Shown here: in pieces, positions 46,600 through 53,084 of the stretch
Layout of the letters: each line of letters starts with the position of its first letter
Numbering within the stretch: the stretch's first letter is position 1
From: Reclinomonas americana ATCC 50394
Taxonomy: Eukaryota
Reading direction: 5' to 3'
Assembly (NCBI GenBank): GCA_048213135.1
Contig: PS015366.1
Span: 54,486-107,569, forward strand
DNA: 53,084 nucleotides
Translations under genes and position numbers: made by a program
Notes under the pieces: model-generated
Told to the model about the DNA's origin: nothing
Database searches by the model: none
The model's input: only the letters and a program-made list of their open reading frames with translations

Positions 46600-47731
46600 T
46601 CATGCTTCACGCCACCCAGGAGCTCGACGCTGCACCACCTCTGCATCCTCCACCAAGAAACACCGCAGAACGACATCCACCAGGATCCAATCGCGATCAT
46701 CCTCGTCAACAAGGAGCTCATTGATGGCCTGCACAGCCGACCGTGCGACCGCGAGCTCCTGTCCGGCAAGTGCACGCGCCGTGGACCACACTCGAATCGT
46801 GCGATCTCCGCCGCCACTCACAATGTGCTGGCCATCGGGAGTTACAACAACAGACGACACCCCAGAAGTGTGTCCTTCCAGTCGTCGCACCTCCGCGCCG
46901 TCGGCAAGTGACCACACTCGCACTGTCTTGTCATCACCACCACTCACAACAAATTGACCGTCGGGTGTGACGGCGACAGAATACACCTCTCCAGTGTCTC
47001 CTTCCAGCAGTCGCTCCTCCTCACCGGTGGCCAGAGACCACAACCGAATCGTCATGTCCACGCCCCCACTCACAATGTGCTGACCATCGGGAGTGACGGC
47101 GATAGACAACACATAGTCAGTGTGCCCCACGCATCGTCGCACCTCCTCGCCAGTGGCCAGCGACCACAGTCGCACGGTCTCGTCTTCACCCCCACTGACA
47201 ACGTGCAGACCGTCAGGGGTGACGGCGACCGAGTACACGGTGCCAGTGTGCCCCTCAAGACGTCGCACCTCCTCGCCACTCGCCAGTGACCACACTCGTA
47301 TTGTCTTGTCAAAGCTCCCACTAACCGCGTGTGAACTATCGGGAGTGACGGCGACACAGAACACCAATCCATCGTGTCCCTCCAACCGTTGCACTTCCTC
47401 GCCACTCGCCAATGACCACATTCGCACTGTCTCGTCATCACTGCCGCTCACAATGTGCTCACCGTCGGGAGTGACAGCGACCGAGCTCACACCTCCAGTG
47501 AGTCCTTCCAGCCGCCGTGATTCCTCGCCACTTGTCAGAGACCACACACGCACTGTGTTGTCGTTGCTGCCACTGACGATGTGCAGGCCATCGGGGGAGA
47601 CGGCGACAGACAACACCCAAGAAGTGTGCCCCTTCAGAATCTGCGCGCCCCGTGCACTTGCGGTGAGATGCACCGGGAGTAGGCAACAAGGCGCCACCAG
47701 CACACACACACACACACACCTTTGTGATCAT
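46600..47731 (-). CDS. WD40 array gene C5
   Basis: MITK exon; 7 repeats + tail. Confidence 0.9.
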
Positions 47732-48080
47732 CCAGTTCTCGCGCGCGCACGTGTGTGTGAGAGTAGCTGAGAGTGAATTGGGCTCACATTGTCTTCTCAA
47801 AGATAGAGAGTGCATCGGACTCGCATTGTCTCCTCACATCTCGCGCCATTTCTCTCCCCTGCCCGAGCTGCAGCCACGTCAACTGCCGCACACGTTTATA
47901 CGTGGACGTGAATGTACAGGAGTGCATCTTCACACACTAACACGACATCTATCGTCTCGGAGCAATGAAACTAAACATTGTTAACACTTCACTTGACCCT
48001 CAAGCTCGCTTGACTCAACTGACGCTGGGGGCGCGCAGCCTTCGCGTGGTACGAGGGCCAGCAACAGGCGACACCTTCTA

Positions 48081-49198
48081 TCATGCTTCACGCCACCCAG
48101 GAGCCCGACGTTGCACCACCTCTGCATCCTCCAGCACGAAGCACCGCAGCACGACATCCACAAGGATCCAGTCGCGATCATCATCGTCAACAACAAGGAG
48201 CTCGTTGATGGCCTGCACGGCCGAACGCGCGACAGCAAGCTCCTGTCTGGCAAGGGCACGTGCCGTGGACCACATTCGTATCGTCTCGTCCCCGCCTCCA
48301 CTCACGATATGATGGCCATCTGCAGTGACAGCGACAGACGACACCCACTTGGTGTGTCTTTCCAGTCGTCGCACCTCCTCACCACTCGCCAGTGACCACA
48401 CCCGCACTGTCTTGTCATCACCACCACTCACAACAAATTGACCGTCGGGTGTGACGGCGACAGACTGCACCTCATCAGCATGACCCTCCAGCCGTCGCTC
48501 CTCCTCACCGGTGGCCAGTGACCAAACTCGCACCGTTTCGTCGTCACCGCCGCTCACAATATGCTGGCCATCGGGAGTGATGGCGACAGCATGCACTATA
48601 CTTGTGTGCCGCACGTATCGTCGCACTATCTCGCCAGTGGCGAGTGACCACAGTCGCACCGTCTTGTCAGCGCTGCCACTGACATCGTGCAAACCGTCGG
48701 GGGTGACGGCGACCGCGAACACGGTGCCGGTGCGTCCCCCCAATCGTCGCACCTCCTCGCCAGTCGCCAGTGACCACACTCGTATTGTCTTGTCATAGCC
48801 CCCGCTCACCACGTGCGAACTATCGGGAGTGACAGCGACACAGAACACCGTTCCATCGTGTCCTACTAACACATGCACTTCCTCGCCAGTCGCCAGTGAC
48901 CACACTCGCACAGTTCTGTCATCACCGCCGCTCACAATGTGCTCACTGTCGGGAGTGACAGCGACCGAGTTCACACGTCCAATGTGTCCTTCCAAGAGTC
49001 GCACTTCCGCGCCACTCGTCAGAGACCACACACGCACTGTGTTGTCGTTGCTGCCACTGACGATGTGCAGGCCATCGGGGGAGACGGCGACAGACAACAC
49101 ATTAGCAGTGTGTCCCTTGAAGATCTGCGCCACTCGCCTGTGGTGAGATGCACAAGGAGCAGGCGAAATTAGTGCAGCGCTCGCACCTTCGTAAGCAT
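48081..49198 (-). CDS. WD40 array gene C6
   Basis: MLTK exon; 7 repeats + tail. Confidence 0.9.
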
Positions 49199-49498
49199 GA
49201 TCTCTCGCGCGCGTGTGTGAGAGTGAATTGCTCGCGAACGTCACCTCTCGCGCCATTTCTCTCCCCTGCCCGAGCTGCAGCCACCTCAACATTCTGCACA
49301 CGGTCATGTGTGGTGGCGAAGGTGGGGTGGGTGAATCGTCGCAGGCAGACACGACAACGGTTGTCTCGGAACAATGAAACATTCACTATGGAAGCTTCAT
49401 AGATCACTGCACTATCACATAGTCTCGCAGCACGTGGGGGGGGGGGGGGGGGGGGGGGACCCTCGTAGGGTGTGAAAAACCGATAACAGGTGGCAACT

Positions 49499-50563
49499 CT
49501 ACCACCTGGGCGCACGCCGCTGCACCACCTCTGCGTCCTCCAGCACAAAACACCGCAGCACGACGTCCACAAGGATCCAGTCGCGATCATCGTTGATGAG
49601 GAGCACGTTGATGGCCTGCACGGCCGAACGCGTGGCCGCAAGCTCCTGCCACGCCAGTCCACGCACCGTGGACCACACACGTATCGTGCCATCTCCGTCT
49701 CCACTCACAATGCGCTGGCCATTGGGAATAACAACAACAGATGACACCCAGGTAGTGTGTCCTTCCAGTCGTCGCATCTCTTCGCCGTCGGCAAGTGACC
49801 ACACTCGCACAATCTTGTCATCACCACCACTCACAACACATTCACCATCAGGTGTGATTGCCACACACTGCACCTCTCCAGTGTCCCCTTCAAGCCGCCG
49901 CTCCTCCTCACCGGTGGCCAGAGACCACAACCGAATCGTCATGTCCACGCCCCCACTCACAATGTGCTGACCATCGAGAGTGACGGTGACACACAACACG
50001 GTTCCCGCGTGTCCCTCAAGCCGTCGCACCTCCTCGCCAGTGGCCAGCGACCACAGTCGCACGGTCTCGTCCCGACCCCCACTGACAACGTGCTGGCCAT
50101 CGGGGGTGACGGCGACCGAGAACACGGTGCCGGTGCGTCCCCCCAATCGTCGCACCTCCTCGCCAGTCGCCAGTGACCACACTCGTGTTGTCTTGTCAGA
50201 GCTTCCGCTCACCACGTGCGAACCATCGGGAGTGGTGGCAACACAGAACACCAATCCATCGTGTCCCTCCAACCGTCGCACTTCCTCGCCACTCGCCAAT
50301 GACCACACTCGCACTGTCTCGTCATCACCGCCGCTCACAATGTGCTCACCATCGGGAGTGACAGCGACCGAGTTCACACCTCCAGTGTGTCCTTCCAAGA
50401 GTCGCACTTCCGCGCCACTCGTCAGAGACCACACACGCACTGTGTAGTCGTTGCTGCCACTGACGAGGTGCAGGCCATCGGGGGAGATGGCGACAGAGTT
50501 CACAACAGCTGTGTGTCCCTTGAAAATCTGCGCCGCCCGCCAGCGGTGAGATAAAAAGGGTAG

Positions 50564-50601
<38 letters not shown>

Positions 50602-50625
50602 GCACGCACGCACCTCCGAACGCAT
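49499..50625 (-). CDS. WD40 array gene C7
   Basis: MRSE exon (ATGCGTTCGGAG|GTGCGT); 7 repeats + tail. Confidence 0.88.
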
Positions 50626-50929
50626 TCTGATCGCGCGTGTGTGAATGTGTATTATGTCGAGAAATGATTTGCTCGCGAACGTCACCCCTCGCGCCATTTC
50701 TCTCCCCTGCCCGAGCTGCAGCCGCTTTGACATCCAGCACCTGATCTTACGTGGACGAGAATGTAGATGAGTGCATCTTGGCAGGCTGACACGACATCTA
50801 TCGTCTCGGAACAATGATACATTTAGCAATATACACTTCACTTGACCCTCGTTTGCAATTGACTCAACTGACGCTGGGGGCGCGCAGCCTTCGCGTGGCG
50901 CGGGGGCCAGCAACAGGCGACACCTTCTA

Positions 50930-52069
50930 TCATGCTTCACGCCACCCAGGGGCCCGACGCTGTACCACCGCTGCATCCTCCAGCACAAAACACCGCAGTA
51001 CGACATCCACCAGGATCCAGTCGCGATCATCGTCGACGAGCAGCTCATTGATGGCCTGCACAGCCGACCGTGCGACCGCGACCTCCTGCCACGCCAGTCC
51101 ACGCTCTGTGGACCACACTCGTATCGTGCCATCTCCGTCTCCACTCACAATGCGCTGGCCATTGGGAAAAACAACAACAGATGACACCCACTCGGTGTGT
51201 CCTTTCAGTCGTCGCACCTCCTCACCACTCGCCAGTGACCACACCCGCACTGTCTTGTCATCACTTCCACTCACAACAAACTGAGTGTCGGGAGTAATGG
51301 CCACAGACTGCACATCTCCAGCATGACCCTCCAGCCGTCGCTCCTCCTCACCGGTGGCCAGTGACCACACTCGCACTGTCTTGTCCTCGCCCCCACTCAC
51401 AATATGCTGGCCATCGGGAGTGACGGCGACAGACAACACATTTCCAGCGTGTCCCTCATATCGTCGCACCTCCTCGCCATTTATCAGTGACCACAGTCGC
51501 ACGGTCTCGTCTTCACCCCCACTGACAACGTGCTGGCCATCAGGGGTGACGGCGACAGAGAATACGGTGCCAGTGCGTCCCCCCAATCGTCTCACCTCCT
51601 CGCCAGTCGCCAGTGACCACACTCGTATCGTCATGTCAAAGCTTCCGCTCACCACGTGCGAACTATCGGGAGTGACGACGACGCAGAACACCAACCCATC
51701 GTGTCCTTCCAACACATGCACTTCCTTTCCAGTCGCCAGCGACCACACACGTACAGAACTGTCCTCACTGCCGCTCACAATGTGCTCACCGTCGGGAGTG
51801 ACGGCGACTGAATTCACACATTCTGTGTATCCTTTCAGCCGCCACACCTCGCCGCCACTGGCTACACACCACACTCGTACTGTGTCGTCGTAACTGCCAC
51901 TCACAACGTGCTGACCATCGGGAGTGACGGCGACAGACAGCACGCTGAAAGTGTGTCCCTTCAGAATCTGCGCCCGCGCACTGGCGGTGAGATGCACCAG
52001 GAGCAGGCAACAAGGCGCCACCAGCACACACACACAAACACACACACACGCACGCACCTTCGTGATCAT
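50930..52069 (-). CDS. WD40 array gene C8
   Basis: MITK exon; 7 repeats + tail. Confidence 0.9.
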   Translation of the reverse strand: MITKVRACVCVCVCVLVAPCCLLLVHLTASARAQILKGHTFSVLSVAVTPDGQHVVSGSYDDTVRVWCVASGGEVWRLKGYTECVNSVAVTPDGEHIVSGSEDSSVRVWSLATGKEVHVLEGHDGLVFCVVVTPDSSHVVSGSFDMTIRVWSLATGEEVRRLGGRTGTVFSVAVTPDGQHVVSGGEDETVRLWSLINGEEVRRYEGHAGNVLSVAVTPDGQHIVSGGEDKTVRVWSLATGEEERRLEGHAGDVQSVAITPDTQFVVSGSDDKTVRVWSLASGEEVRRLKGHTEWVSSVVVFPNGQRIVSGDGDGTIRVWSTERGLAWQEVAVARSAVQAINELLVDDDRDWILVDVVLRCFVLEDAAVVQRRAPGWREA

Positions 52070-52384
52070 CCTGTATTCGCGGATATGCGTGTGCTACGTG
52101 TGTGTGTGTGAAAGACAGAGAGTGCATCGGACTCGCATTGTCTCCTCACATCTCGCGCCATTTTCTTTCGCCATGCAAGCTGCAGCCACGTTAACTGCCG
52201 CACACGTTCATACGTGGACGTGAATGTAGATGAGTGCATCTTTGCAGGCTGACACGACATCTGTCGTCTCGGAACAATGATACATTGTAACACTTCTTGA
52301 CCCTCGAGCTCGCTTGACTCAACTGACGCTGGGGGCGCGCAGCCTTCGCGTGGCGCGGGGGCCAGCAACAGGCGACACCTTCTA

Positions 52385-53084
52385 TTATACTTCACGCCAC
52401 CCAGGGGCCCGACGCTGCACCACCTCTGCGTCCTCTAGCACGAAGCACCGCAGCACGACATCCACCAGGATCCAATCGCGATCATCCTCGTCAACAAGGA
52501 GCTCATTGATGGCCTGCACAGCCGACCGTGCTACCGAGAGCTCCTGTTCGGCGAGCCCGCGCGCCGTGAACCACATGCGCACCATCTTGTCTCGACCACC
52601 ACTCGCAATGTGCTGACCAGCGGGAGTGACGGCGACAGAATTCACCACGTCCGTGCACCCGTCCAGTCGTCGCACCTCCTCACCACTCGACAGTGACCAC
52701 AGTCGCAACGTCTTGTCATCACTGCCACTGACGACAAACTGACCGTCGGGTGTGGTGGCGACAGAATACACTGCATTAGTGTGCCCCTCCAGCCGTCGCA
52801 CCTCCTCACCGGTGGCCAGTGACCACACTCGAATCGTCATATCTTCGCCTCCACTCACAATCTGCTGACCATTGGGAGAGACGGCGACAGACAACACGTT
52901 CGCAGCGTGTCCCTGACACCGTCGCACCTCCTCGCCAGTGGCCAGTGACCACAGTCGCACGGTCTCGTCCCGACTGCTACTCACAATGTGCTGGCCGTCA
53001 GGGGTGACGGCGACTGCGAACACGGTGCCAGTGTGCCCCTCCAATCGTCGCACCTCTTCGCCTGTGGCCAGTGACCACACACGC
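52385..53084 (-). CDS. WD40 array gene C9 (3' part; runs off the window)
   Basis: Last 4 repeats + tail ...GWREV*. Confidence 0.85.
   Translation of the reverse strand, partial: RVWSLATGEEVRRLEGHTGTVFAVAVTPDGQHIVSSSRDETVRLWSLATGEEVRRCQGHAANVLSVAVSPNGQQIVSGGEDMTIRVWSLATGEEVRRLEGHTNAVYSVATTPDGQFVVSGSDDKTLRLWSLSSGEEVRRLDGCTDVVNSVAVTPAGQHIASGGRDKMVRMWFTARGLAEQELSVARSAVQAINELLVDEDDRDWILVDVVLRCFVLEDAEVVQRRAPGWREV

Noticed and set aside
6277-53007. Many recurrent antisense or off-frame ORFs (SDHTRTV..., RQRPH...) over the arrays
   Set aside because: Shadows of the WD40 codon pattern, with inconsistent starts and stops among copies.
20353-53084. Arrays as CRISPR, a diversity-generating retroelement, or Dscam/protocadherin-style alternative exons
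   Set aside because: The repeats are protein-coding; no cas or reverse transcriptase gene is in the window; each unit has its own ATG exon and stop, and no shared constant exon was found.

Overview
Intron-rich eukaryotic (probably protist) genomic DNA from a gapped draft assembly; most N-gaps abut CT/GA/GTGA microsatellites. The standard genetic code fits. Seven single-copy multi-exon genes can be modelled by eye: a secreted Pro/His/Cys-rich protein, an FZL/bacterial-dynamin-like GTPase, a myristoylated EF-hand Ca2+ sensor, 5-oxoprolinase, BUD13, a HERP-like UBL membrane protein and NUBP2/Cfd1. Interspersed are three tandem arrays with at least 21 small paralogous genes. Each encodes one 7-repeat, HET-E-like (42-aa) WD40 propeller with hypervariable top-face positions plus a conserved ~50-aa C-terminal tail of unknown function (F-box/SOCS-box-like). 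The copies are intact and mosaic, suggesting a diversifying receptor/adaptor repertoire. Independently, the splicing signals are unusual. About 16 of ~60 modelled non-WD40 introns have a one-nucleotide-shifted donor (H|GTTRCG), nearly always when the last exon base is not G. There is also an AT-AC intron, a GC-AG intron and an intron splitting an ATG. All exon models are manual inferences without RNA data.
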